Assembly: GCF_001194135.2 (NCBI RefSeq)
Contig: NC_068997.1
Coordinates: 7,666,225-7,713,386 of the forward strand
Length of the DNA: 47,162 nt
Source: Octopus bimaculoides
Lineage: Eukaryota
Direction: 5' to 3'
Under the pieces are notes generated by a model. The model ran no database searches, was not told the origin of the DNA, and was given only the letters and a program-made list of their open reading frames with translations. The first letter of the stretch is position 1, and each line of letters begins with the position of its first letter. Positions 24,985 through 36,724 of this stretch are shown in pieces. A program made the translations under genes and the position numbers.

Positions 24985-25167
24985 AATATTCTATAATTAT
25001 GAATATAATTATAATCAGGGGTCAGCTAATTGCTTCGCCACGCGCCGAATTTATAAATAGGAGTTAAAATGCCTTTTCTATTGCCATAAAGATCTCCCAG
25101 ACAATAACACACATTTTTTTATCCGTAGGCAAAAAGAAAAAATAACGAATCCACACGACTACACATA

Positions 25168-25715
25168 CTGTGATGCCTCACTTTACGAGGACCCACTTTA
25201 CGAAACCCTGGATTTACGAGTTTTAATTTTCAAACACAAGATCCAAATTTTGAACAAAGTGCAAAGTTTCTACTACCTTAACAAATGCTTTTGCATGTTA
25301 CTGAGAAATTTATAGAGAGCAAAAAAAGCTTCTTCTAAGCAAAGAGAAGTCCGTCTACGAGTGATTGTGAATCGATGATAGCGTCTAGAAGTGATGGTGG
25401 ACCCGAGTCTAGTGCGCGAGTCTAGTGCGAGTGAAAGTGATTTAGAAAGCAATAATAATGATAATAATAATATTTTTTTAATTATAAATGATCTTCATGT
25501 TCTTTTTACTTTGCATAAAATATTCTTTACATTCTTCTGTTGTTTTATTGCCATTTATTTACGAGTATTATACATTTTATAGATAAACTATTTTTCTGGG
25601 AACGAATTACGATTTATAACATTGCTACTATGGGAAATTATTCCTCTGCTTTACGAGTTTTCGCTTTACGAACGGTCTCCGAAAACAAATTAATTCGTAT
25701 AACGAGGCATTACTG
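25168..25715. mobile_element. Non-autonomous Tigger/pogo-type MITE with TIRs and TA target duplication
   Basis: Left TA|CTGTGATGCCTCACTTTACGA; right TCGTATAACGAGGCATTACTG|TA. TIRs match at 16/21 positions. Subterminal TTTACGA repeats at both ends. Confidence 0.75.
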
Positions 25716-26345
25716 TACATACATGTGTGTCTGTGAGTGTGTGGTGTAGGTATCCATGTGTGTGTGTGTGTGTGTATACGCATTTGAACGGGTGTGGCTA
25801 TATAAGGATAATTTGTAATACATATACGTGCGTGTGAGCCTGTGTCTGTGTGTATATATGCGAACGTGTGTGAATGTGTGTACACACATATAGAGGGGGA
25901 AAGAGTGGAACAGAGATCTAGCAATTGATAGAGAAATAGTCTATAAACCATACATTTAACTCAACAGTATCCTAGCTGCAAATCCTTAAATCCGAAAGTA
26001 CCATCAAAATAGTCAGGGATCATTGTTCAGTGGAATGGCAGTAGTACAGAATTAGTTTTTGCTTCATTAGCATGTAACTCTGCTTCCTTTGACGGTAAGC
26101 TAACGAAGGCAAGCCTACACCTATTAACTCAGCTAAGCGACTGAAGAGACAAGTCTTGTATGAAGCGCCATCAATTTAACAGGCGTAATCTTTCCGAGTA
26201 GCGCGATAGAATGAAACAATGATAATAATCACAATATACTCACGTGTTCCTTGTCGTTTCTACTCTTAGTGTACGCAGTTCTGTAGATACATTTATGAAC
26301 AGCAACGTTTGCCGTGCTTATATACGATTGCTGTTTTATTTTATC

Positions 26346-26346
26346 C

Positions 26347-26388
<42 letters not shown>

Positions 26389-26398
26389 NNNNNNNNNN

Positions 26399-26441
<43 letters not shown>
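26346..26441. repeat. (ATCT)n microsatellite (spans a 10-N gap)
   Basis: Direct reading. Confidence 0.93.
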
Positions 26442-26851
26442 CCTTTGTGTATGTGTGTGTGTGTGTGTATGTTTGTGCACGTTTTTTTGATTGATTTTTC
26501 GAGGTTTCTGTATTTCCAGGTTCCTTTTCCTTTATTTGCAATTAATTTACAAGTCGTAACGTTTCTGTTACTTTATAAGCTCTTGTGTATTTATCCATGA
26601 ACCCTGTTTTGTGCCGTACACTTACGTAAGCAGCAGCACACAAAATTACTCAGATACAAGCATTTGAAGGCACAAATTACAAAGTAAATTTGATAAAACA
26701 AACGAACACTCTGTTGACCAACTTAATGTTGAACCATTCATTAACTCAATTACATGTTATAAACACACGCATATGTAAGAGTGTGTGTGGATATATAGAT
26801 ATGGGTGCTTGTATGTATGTATGTATGTATGTATGTATGCATGTATGCATG

Positions 26852-26918
<67 letters not shown>

Positions 26919-27459
26919 ATACATATACATATTGTATAGAACAGAATAAACGTATCGACAGGCAAGCAACGGGTATCTGCTCAGATTGTAACATTTATAC
27001 ATTTATATATTTACACAACTTGAGGATAGAAAGGAATGTTAGGAAAGAGTTCAGATGACAAGAGATCAATAATTTCGCAGAAGTTATTATAAATATAAAC
27101 TTCAAGAAACAGATTAAATTCAGAAAATGCTTCCATTTTTATAAAAAGACAAGTTTCGTGTAATTATTGATCTTTTGTAATCTAGACTCTTTTTTAACAT
27201 TTCTTTCTATTCTCAAGTTATATCAATGTATAAATATATAAACGCCATGATCTGACCAGATACCTGCTGTTTGCTTGTCTCTACATTGATTTTATTATAC
27301 ATGTACCAGCTCGACTGGAACTCTGCCTGTAGTCAATCTTCATTAGGCAGCGATAACATCCATGCATTTTGAGTTGCAGTCCTAGTTGGAATTAAAGGCA
27401 GCAATTCAACTTGAACACTAATTGTATGTATCTCACGTCATTACACGTAAAATTACCTG

Positions 27460-27505
<46 letters not shown>

Positions 27506-27858
27506 CNNNNNNNNNNNNNNNNNNNNNNNNNNNNNNNNNNNNNNNNNNNNNNNNNNNNNNNNNNNNNNNNNNNNNNNNNNNNNNNNNNNNNNNNNNNNNN
27601 NNNNNNNNNNNNNNNNNNNNNNNNNNNNNNNNNNNNNNNNNNNNNNNNNNCCTCTCTCTCTCTTCCTCTCTCTCTCTCCCCCCTCTCTCTCCCTCTCTCT
27701 CTCTCTCTCTATTTATATATGGTACTGTTCTGTGGTGGTAAGATCAACAGAAAAAAGTATTCCATCTGATGAGAGATAATAGTATTTAATAAACACATTA
27801 TATGTTTTTATGTGCTACTATTAGTTTCATACGATAAGGGCATCTCAGAGGGTATCTT

Positions 27859-27972
27859 TTAACACGTCTGGTGCCTTATCACAATCTTCAGGCAATGCTC
27901 ACATGGCATAACAAACTTGTTATGCCATATGAGCATTGTCTGAAGATTGCGATAAAGTACCTGGCGTGTTAA
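27859..27972. repeat. 114-bp near-perfect inverted repeat (56-bp arms, 2-nt loop)
   Basis: Arm 27859-27914 versus the reverse complement of 27917-27972: 49/56 identical, ungapped. Confidence 0.92.
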
Positions 27973-28040
27973 GATGCTTTCATCGCAGGAAACTAATAGT
28001 ATATTGTGTTCATTAAATAAAAGATATATATATGTATGTA

Positions 28041-28073
<33 letters not shown>

Positions 28074-28482
28074 TTGTGCGCGTGTGCGTGTGTCGGTCAG
28101 AATTTCTGATCATAAACTTTGAACAAAGAAGGGAATCCCCCATCAACATCATCATCATCATCATCATTATTACTCTTCCGCTAAGTATCATTCTCTTGAG
28201 CATCATAGAAACATCCACAGATCTATTCAAGCATTTCTTATTAGTACTTATAGCACACACACGCACACACGCACGCACACTCACGCATGTACACTCATTT
28301 GCATGCGAGCACATAGGTGCAAAACACGGTGGAGAAGGTAGCACTCTCGAATAGCGAAAGTAGTGTAAACAGGTGCTTTCTTGAAGCTGAAAAGACAGCA
28401 TAAACTGTTACTCGGAGTTTCACGTCAGCGATCATCAGAGATTCGTGAGTTATTTTCGCAAGGTCACGCTTTATAAATCATT

Positions 28483-28787
28483 GTTGTTGTTGTTTGTTCC
28501 TTCTCGAGCTAAAACTGGCTCATAGGGGCCGTTTTCCCGGTTTCATTGGTTCCTCACATGGACGGGACACCGGTCCGTCTCAGCTGAACTGCTAAATGCA
28601 GGAGGCAAGAGTGAGAGAAAGTTGTGGCGAAAGAGTCAGCAGAAGGTCGCCATTACCTTCTGCCGGAGCCGTGTGGAGCTTAGGTGTTTCCCTCATAAAC
28701 ACACACACATCGCCCGGTCTGAGATTCGAACCCGCGATCCCTCGACCGCGAGTCTGCTGCTCTAAACAGTAGGCCATGTGCCTCCAC
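28483..28787 (-). mobile_element. tRNA-derived SINE, family D, full length with 11-bp TSD
   Basis: Head GTGGAGGCACATGGCCTACTGTTTAGAGC...GGGTTCGAATCTC (A and B boxes). (AAC)n tail. Flanked by TATAAATCATT at 28472-28482 and 28788-28798. Confidence 0.88.
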
Positions 28788-28942
28788 TATAAATCATTAT
28801 ATTGATTAAAAAACTTACAGCTGTTTAATGATTGGTTATGTGAAACCCTGGGCAATAAAATGCTCTATGTATGTGTGTGTGTATATACACACATATATAT
28901 ATATGTATGTCTGTATATATACATATGATATATATATGTGTG

Positions 28943-29031
<89 letters not shown>

Positions 29032-29408
29032 ATAGATTGATAGACAGATACTTAGAGGAACATACATACGCATGCATACATACATATACATAATCATCCC
29101 TACCTACCTACCTACCTACCTACCTACCTACCTACCTACCTACATACATACATACATACATACATACATACATACATACATACATACAACTTTATTTGCA
29201 GAATTGTTTAATTTCTTGTCAGTTATCCGATTGCATATTTTGAACTGGAAACTTATCAATAACAATTAAATTTTATGGTGTTTCCAATGACAATAAGGCG
29301 AGTTTAATTAAAATGAATTTTAAAAGAACATAAATTAGTTTTACATTTATATTTTCACTTCTCCTCACATCCCTCCCCCCCCCCATACACACAAGGCCAT
29401 TTGTTCAC

Positions 29409-29516
29409 CTGAACATACACTGTCAAGTTCCAATCAAGTACTTTTATTGCCTTCACCTCACTCCTGCGCAGATGAACGAGTAATTCGTCATTGCCAGCTG
29501 CTCCGTTGGTTTGACC
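29409..29516 (-). CDS. Candidate 108-nt exon, unknown product
   Basis: Strong polypyrimidine acceptor ttttgtcttccccctccag, an open phase-0 frame GQTNGAAGNDELLVHLRRSEVKAIKVLDWNLTVYVQ, donor CAG|gtgaac, and locally higher GC. No family recognised. Confidence 0.25.
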
Positions 29517-29924
29517 CTGGAGGGGGAAGACAAAAGACAACATTACTATATGATTGCATTGTGACGTGTCTTAAACAACAAAGGCTGACACGATGGATAG
29601 CACTCTAACAATAACAAAACCGCCTCAAAAGGGCTGTAAAACCTGATAGAAATAGCAACAGCGTTTCTTCCTCACAATGACGTTGTACAGTTATAAAAAC
29701 ATAACGCACTGTCTGAAAAATAACACGTGATAGTCATGGCTAAAACGCTTTGATTCGAGCTGACATGGCACTAAAATAACAATTACAGATTATATGATCA
29801 AACTGAAATACCTCACACTTGATTGCTCCACCAAGTAGAAACAACAGCTAAACTTTCATTTGATCACAGTCATTTCAAAAGAAAAAGAATAGATTGGTTA
29901 ATTAACAGAGAGTGAAGTACGAGG

Positions 29925-30080
29925 ACGACGTGCTGGCCGAATCGTAACTGCACCGCGCAAAAGTACATAGCGGCATTTCGTCTGTCTTTATGTTCTGAGT
30001 TCAAATTCCATCAAGGTTGACTTTGCCTTTCATACTTTCGTGGTCAATAAAATAAGTACCAGCTGAGCATTGGAACCGAT
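29925..30080 (+). mobile_element. SINE family A, degraded
   Basis: gcggcatttcgtctgtc...ttctgagttcaaattccatcaaggttgactttgcctttcat...aataagtaccag. Confidence 0.72.
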
Positions 30081-30419
30081 GCTGAAATAAATGCGATATT
30101 TGAAACATAATCACCGAAAGTTAATATTTGTTACCAAATCTATTCGTTGAGGAATTTTAAGCCAGAAATCTTGAAATATATTTTGACTCGGAACTTCCTA
30201 CTTTTGTTTTGCGAAATTGATTTCCTTGTGTTAAAATTTACTTTTAATTCCCTTCAGCTCATGCATGGAATCATAATTCCCTTTGATGTTCCTATTGTTA
30301 CTTTAAACGTTTCATCGGAATTACTTTCCTTCGCCGACATCTTGCATTTCATTTCTTGCAAAGCTGGAAGAACGATTCATTCATAGCTAAAACGCTCCTA
30401 CGTTATTTCGAAACTGACC

Positions 30420-30580
30420 GCTTAAAGAATATTGCTTCATCAAATACGTTCTGAGTTCAAATTCCGCCGAGGTCACTTTGCCTTTCATCCTTTGGGGTCG
30501 GTAAATTAAGTTGCGTATCTAATCGATTGTCTCCCTCCCCCAAAATTTCAGGCCTTGTACCTAGAATACAAAAAAGAATA
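30420..30580 (+). mobile_element. SINE family A (variant tail)
   Basis: cgttctgagttcaaattccgccgaggtcactttgcctttcatcctttggggtcg...aggccttgtacctagaa. Confidence 0.75.
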
Positions 30581-30944
30581 TTACTTCATCGATTGTTGCT
30601 AACAATGTCTCTACTTTCACTTTCACTCTTATTTTTGTGTTTCTTATTCAATTCTAAACAACTTTATGCCTTCATTTACATTTTCTTTTGTTAGGTGAAA
30701 GGTCATGGTTTTAATTTCTTTCACCAAACTCATTCAGATCAGTTTTCTCTAATTTCTCTTGTCGTTCCGCCTCTCTTTTCTACAGAAGTTCTCTTCTCCT
30801 TTTTTTGTTGTTGTTGTTGTTGTGTAGTTCATTGAACACTTAAGATTTCTGTAACAATAGCAGCTCCATAAAACAGCAAGTTATTGGTACGACGCCTCCA
30901 CCGCCAACGCCGAAGCTAACAACGGCGAAAACGGCAATAACGAT

Positions 30945-30948
30945 GAGA

Positions 30949-30989
<41 letters not shown>

Positions 30990-31025
30990 CATGGTGGTGG
31001 TGGTGATGATGATGATGATGATAAT
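30945..31025. repeat. (ATG)n/(GTG)n microsatellite
   Basis: Direct reading. Confidence 0.9.
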
Positions 31026-31074
31026 GAGGAGGAAGAGGAAGATTCTCATCTTCGTCATGGTAGTCGAAGTCAGA

Positions 31075-31245
31075 GAATAAGAATCGTATTGTGGTTATCT
31101 TGCATGCGTCGCAGGTTCACTACCTGCAGCCTATGGTACCATGCTATCCGTTCTTTTCACCTATCTAATACTTTCCTGATTATTCTGGCCGTGCCAAGGA
31201 GGCAAACCTTTTGTAACAGTTCTACTGGGAACTCTTACTACCCGA
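31075..31245 (-). mobile_element. R4/Dong-like LINE extreme 3' end and UTR (second subfamily)
   Basis: VRVPVELLQKVCLLGTARIIRKVLDR* followed by a UTR with the GCAGGT-agtga-ACCTGC hairpin. Homologous to 39205-39345. Confidence 0.75.
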
Positions 31246-31294
31246 AAACTCACAGCTTATTTTGCTAGGTATGAAGGTGACACTTGTTTACCGG

Positions 31295-31855
31295 TCATGC
31301 TTCAAGAACTCTGCGAAGAATTCTTGCAGTTCCAAGAAATGTTGATTTTTGTAGGCGTTCTACTTTCACACTTGCACCAATATTTTTCAGCCATGTTGGT
31401 AGTTGAGTGCTGATACTTCCAAGTGCACCATTTACTATTGGTATCACGTCTACTCTCCTCATTGACCACAACCTTCTTATTTCCCACTACATTCACTTAC
31501 TATATGAGTAACGCTTTCCTCTTTTGCTTTGCATAATCTACATTGGGAATCTACATGGTTTTTGTCTATCTTGGCTTTTATCTAATTAGTCCTCAATACT
31601 TGATCTTGTACAGCTACTAACAAAGTTTTTGTCTTCTTCAGCTTTCCTTTCTGTAACCATAACCATGTTTTACTACTACTATTTTTTTGCAATTATCTTT
31701 GAGAATCTACCCATCAACGCCTCTCCTGCTAGTCAGATAATTTCTGTTCTTTTTTTCTGGTTTTTAAGTTCGTTTGGGTTTATAGTTTCCCTATGTCTTG
31801 CTGTGACTCTAGCAGCTTTTAATAAACTTTCTTCACTATTACCTACATAGGAGTC
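31295..31855 (-). mobile_element. R4/Dong-like LINE fragment with internal deletion
   Basis: YVGNSEESLLKA...WLQKGKLKK...LLVAVQDQVLRTN*IKAKIDK...CRLCKAKEESVTHIVSEC, jumping to VIPIVNGALGSI...LQKSTFLGTARILRRVLEA*. Confidence 0.82.
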
Positions 31856-31875
31856 TACTACTACTACTACTACTG

Positions 31876-31963
<88 letters not shown>

Positions 31964-31976
31964 CATCATTATTATT
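31856..31976. repeat. Compound (CTA)n(TTA)n microsatellite
   Basis: Direct reading. Confidence 0.95.
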
Positions 31977-32190
31977 AAGGCGGTGAGCTGGCAGNNNNNN
32001 NNNNNNNNNNNNNNNNNNNNNNNNNNNNNNNNNNNNNNNNNNNNNNNNNNNNNNNNNNNNNNNNNNNNNNNNNNNNNNNNNNNNNNNNNNNNNNNNNNNN
32101 NNNNNNNNNNNNNNNNNNNNNNNNNNNNNNNNNNNNNNNNNNNNNNNNNNNNNNNNNNNNNNNNNNNNNNNCCTAGAATAGAAAGGACTG
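31977..32190 (+). mobile_element. SINE family A spanning an N-gap
   Basis: Head aaggcggtgagctggcag before the gap and tail cctagaatagaaagg after it. The gap size is compatible with one copy. Confidence 0.55.
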
Positions 32191-32252
32191 TTAGCATCGA
32201 CATGCCCCCCCCCTCTCACCATCTTGCTAGTCTTGTGCCAAAATTTTGTACA

Positions 32253-32316
<64 letters not shown>

Positions 32317-32669
32317 GTAGTAGTAGTAGTAGTCTCGTCGATGTCGTGCTTACTATTGCTGTTGTTTCCATATTTGTTTCATGCGAGTTCCTTACGCATC
32401 GTCACGCGCACCGCCATGTTCTTGGCCCGTGTCCGGTATTGTCATTTAGCAGTGTTAGGAGTCGTACGAAATGTTACGTATATATTGCTTTGATGTAAGC
32501 TTTTTTTTTTTGTTCCTAGTTTCTGGTGTAACTTTATAAATAACGTTTCTATAGACTTATTTTCGTTGCGTACTTTTACTACGCATCGGAACGAAGCTCT
32601 GTGTCGTGGGCTTTTTTTTTGTTTCAATTGTATTAAAAGTATTGTATGTCCAGTGTTTTTTTTTTTTTT

Positions 32670-33100
32670 TTCATGTACAACGCTTTTTGTTTTCTTTCTA
32701 ATTGCTTTGAAAGTTCTCTGCAGACTATGAGCGACTTGCAGTGTTATTTTCTTATGTTGTATGCATGTGTAACTCGTCATATTTTAGCAATGTATTTGTC
32801 TGCTTTGTTCTTAAAATTATTCCCAAGATACTTATTATTATTGGGATTGTTTCTATTTTAAATCCCTGTTCTAGTTATTTCTATTTCCAGACTTTTATAT
32901 TTGGTTAGTTTCTCTCTCTCTCTCTCTCTCTTTTAGAAATACATTATCAGTGAGACTGATACATCGATCAGCAAACACTCTCTTTCTTTAACAACAGTAT
33001 CAGGTCGATCTGCCATAATCTTTCTGTTAGTGCGAATAGGTATGTTCCAGAGTATGATAACTTCATAATTTTCTAACAATGTTTTGATGTATATTCATAA
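32670..33100 (-). mobile_element. R4/Dong-like RLE endonuclease fragment (copy 2)
   Basis: ENYEVIILWNIPIRTNRK / MADRPDTVVK / ECLLIDVSV / KLTKYKSLEIEITR, with the PD-(D/E)xK-type RPD...D motif. Confidence 0.75.
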
Positions 33101-33109
33101 CCAACGCTT

Positions 33110-33470
33110 TTTTGTCGGCAATCTGTTGGTCAGAATGATGGATGGAAATGTCTAACAGAATACAAACAGTTTCGTCTCAGCCCTTGATAATTATATCTGT
33201 CCATTTTTCTCGATCTCTATGCCAGTCTGGACAGATATTTTCCTCCTGATCGTAGCCAAGTCGTTGTCATGTGCCATGTTTGGTGCATCTTTTTACCACG
33301 TCTGATTTGTTTATCTGTTTTTCCTTCGAAACATTGGCATAACATTCAGATATAGCTGCCAACTCTGTCATGCCTGTGAATAGATTCCGACTTAGCTGAC
33401 TGTGAAGCTGAAAATGATGTAAGAAATCCTACACTTGACGATAAGAACTTTTTCTCATGATTTTATTTTT
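33110..33470 (-). mobile_element. R4/Dong-like RLE endonuclease fragment (copy 1)
   Basis: IHRHDRVGSYI and TDIIIKG*DETVCILLDISI...QQIADKK remnants with frameshifts. Confidence 0.7.
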
Positions 33471-33736
33471 ATAGTTCTTTCTGGCTTGGCATTAAGCCGA
33501 TGCAATAAAACCCAGGCTTTTTGTAGTCTTGGGTGGGTCCTTACTTTATGAATTAAATTAGTTTTACAGAAACTGTACAGAAAACAGTCAGGTTGATTGT
33601 GCTCGTAATTTCAGGTACAACCCTTGTGACACTGTGTCACGCTAAATCTGGTTGAGAATTACGTGAAAGTTATTTGGGTCAGTAGGAGGTTCGATCCCTC
33701 ATACTTGAATTCAAGAGCATACATACATGCATACAT

Positions 33737-33809
<73 letters not shown>

Positions 33810-34914
33810 AAATCCCTTGCCTGATTGGTTTCAAAGCTTTTTCAATTTGCACCGTAGACAACTTCTATTTTCCCTGCTTGGACCGCCGAGTACATCCTAT
33901 ATATAATTGTTCTTTCTTTGGTTTCTTTTAAAATTTCTTGGGGAGGGGGCACCTTTACATCATTCCCCTCCCTACAAAGCATGTTCTTGCACTTTCCGAG
34001 TTCCGATAACTCTATCTACTTGTAGTGACTTTTGGCCACTGCTGCAAAATTTCTTTTCTTTTCTTCAACTTGTCTGCCCATAGTGGTCTAAGACACAACA
34101 GTCAACAAAAACTAGAACTCAATAAACTGACCTTTAGAACAACGTGTTTGGTGATAATTAAAGATAGTAAATAATTAAAATAAGGTGAATCCATATATGC
34201 AGAATGTTTGTGGAAACAGTCTAAACATTCACTGATATTTGTGATTTACAATTTATAATGATCTTATATATAGAAGGTTAATAGGTTCGAATGCAACGCT
34301 AAGCACGTGAGTTACTAAGATGCCAGAAGGTAAAGAATTTTACGCTTAAACTTTAAGTTCATCAAATCTAATCAAAGTGGAAGAAATTATTTTATACAGG
34401 TAAGTCGATGTTCATAAGATCGGATTCTATCCTTTCTAAACTTCTGATAGTCAACACACACACACACACACACAAATACACAAAGAACAACGCCATTCTA
34501 GAACTCACAAATTTATAATCCATGGCGGTTTTTTTTTTCACACGTCTTATTAATGGCCTCTAAAACTGCCGTCTGAAATTTTCTCTGAAGTCACTAAAAT
34601 ACTCCACTATAATCAATGAGTTTATGTTCAGTTCAAGTTACAAGACAAATATATTTGGAGCATAAAGCTGAGAATGTGGTTGCAGCAAAAATAAAGAATA
34701 AGACAGAAAAGTAATAAAGGAAGCAATAAAAAAAAAATTTCGTTGTCATATTTCCATCAAATTTCTTCCAATATTTTCTCAGGATTTTTTTTTCAATATC
34801 CAATATTCACCATTTATTTTTCTTGCAAGGTATATGAATAAATTTATCGTGTATCCATAGTAGCTAAATTGTGTTAGTTGTTTGTTTATTTCTTTATGGC
34901 AATGTGTGTATCTG

Positions 34915-34950
<36 letters not shown>

Positions 34951-35886
34951 TGACGTGTGTGTTTTGCGTGGTTTTTAGTGGCTTTTCTTGTTTGCAAACA
35001 ACAAAACCGACTTTTTGTGTGTGTCGGTGTGTGTGTGTGTGTGTGTGTGNNNNNNNNNNNNNNNNNNNNNNNNNNNNNNNNNNNNNNNNNNNNNNNNNNN
35101 NNNNNNNNNNNNNNNNNNNNNNNNNNNNNNNNNNNNNNNNNNNNNNNNNNNNNNNNNNNNNNNNNNNNNNNNNNNNNNNNNNNNNNNNNNNNNNNNNNNN
35201 NNNNNNNNNNNNNNNNNNNNNNNNNNNNNNNNNNNNNNNNNNNNNNNNNNNNNNNNNNNNNNNNNNNNNNNNNNNNNNNNNNNNNNNNNNNNNNNNNNNN
35301 NNNNNNNNNNNNNNNNNNNNNNNNNNNNNNNNNNNNNNNNNNNNNNNNNNNNNNNNNNNNNNNNNNNNNNNNNNNNNNNNNNNNNNNNNNNNNNNNNNNN
35401 NNNNNNNNNNNNNNNNNNNNNNNNNNNNNNNNNNNNNNNNNNNNNNNNNNNNNNNNNNNNNNNNNNNNNNNNNNNNNNNNNNNNNNNNNNNNNNNNNNNN
35501 NNNNNNNNNNNNNNNNNNNNNNNNNNNNNNNNNNNNNNNNNNNNNNNNNNNNNNNNNNNNNNNNNNNNNNNNNNNNNNNNNNNNNNNNNNNNNNNNNNNN
35601 NNNNNNNNNNNNNNNNNNNNNNNNNNNNNNNNNNNNNNNNNNNNNNNNNNNNNNNNNNNNNNNNNNNNNNNNNNNNNNNNNNNNNNNNNNNNNNNNNNNN
35701 NNNNNNNNNNNNNNNNNNNNNNNNNNNNNNNNNNNNNNNNNGTCTGCTTACGTTTAAGTAATGTTGTTTGTTTGCAGAGAGCGTTTCAATGAATGTGGAT
35801 ACGTGACTCTGTCAGTCAGAAGCACTGTAGCATCTCAACTCGCTGGCTATGGGAAGTCTTTCATGTAAAGATGATTGTTGTTGCTC

Positions 35887-35938
<52 letters not shown>

Positions 35939-35982
35939 TGTAGTTGTTGTTGTTGTTGTTGTTGTTGAAGGTGGTGGTGGTG
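35887..35982. repeat. Compound (TAG)n(TTG)n(GTG)n microsatellite
   Basis: Direct reading. Confidence 0.93.
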
Positions 35983-35984
35983 GT

Positions 35985-36240
35985 GCATTGTGTCCTTGAG
36001 CAAAGCATTTTATTTCACATTGCTCCAGTCCACTCAGCTGGCAAAAATGAGTTGGACCTGTAATTCAAAAGGAGACAGCCTTGTCACACTCTGTATCACG
36101 TTGAATCTCCATGAGAATTATGTTAAGTGTATGCGCGTCTGTGGAGCACTCAGCCATTTGCACGTTAATTTCACGAGTAGGCTCTTCTGTTAATCGGACC
36201 GACTGGAACACTGGTCGTCGTAACTGACGGAGTACCAGTA
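35985..36240 (+). mobile_element. SINE family C
   Basis: gtgtccttgagcaaagcattttatttcacattgctccagtcc...ttgcacgttaatttcacgag...gtcgtaactgacggagtacc. Confidence 0.78.
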
Positions 36241-36724
36241 TATATGTGCGTCCGTGTATGTGTGCATAACTAAATCTGTTATCCACAATTGTTTGTGTAT
36301 ATGTAGGTTAAAGTATACGACCGTATGTCTGTGTATTCCATAATACGCGTGTGTGCTTGTATAAGAAGTTCTCAAACGTGCTTCCATATTTTTTTTTTCT
36401 GTTCAAGAGAAGAAAATGCTTTTCGTACTTCATCCACAGAACATCAGGATTGTATAAGTTCATCATACAAACGACCAACATATCATCGATTCCACCACCT
36501 TCAACTCTCATCAGTTTATTCTTATTCTTTACTGGTTTCAATCATTGAACTGCGCCCTTGCTGGAGCATTACCTTTTAACTGATGATATCGATCCCAGTC
36601 GAGTGATTTGTAATTTTATCGACTTTCTAAACCGGAACGACAAAATCGTCCAAAATGGAACTGAATACTACAAAATATTTATATTGGACGCACTGAAACA
36701 GCATCACGTGACATAACGACATGC

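Noticed and set aside
28400-28440. Hammerhead candidate on the minus strand (CTGATGA-tcgctgacgt-GAAA-ctccgag-TA)
   Set aside because: Both core boxes are present, but stem II is only 2 bp with a U-U closing, stem III has a 1-nt loop, and stem I does not pair.
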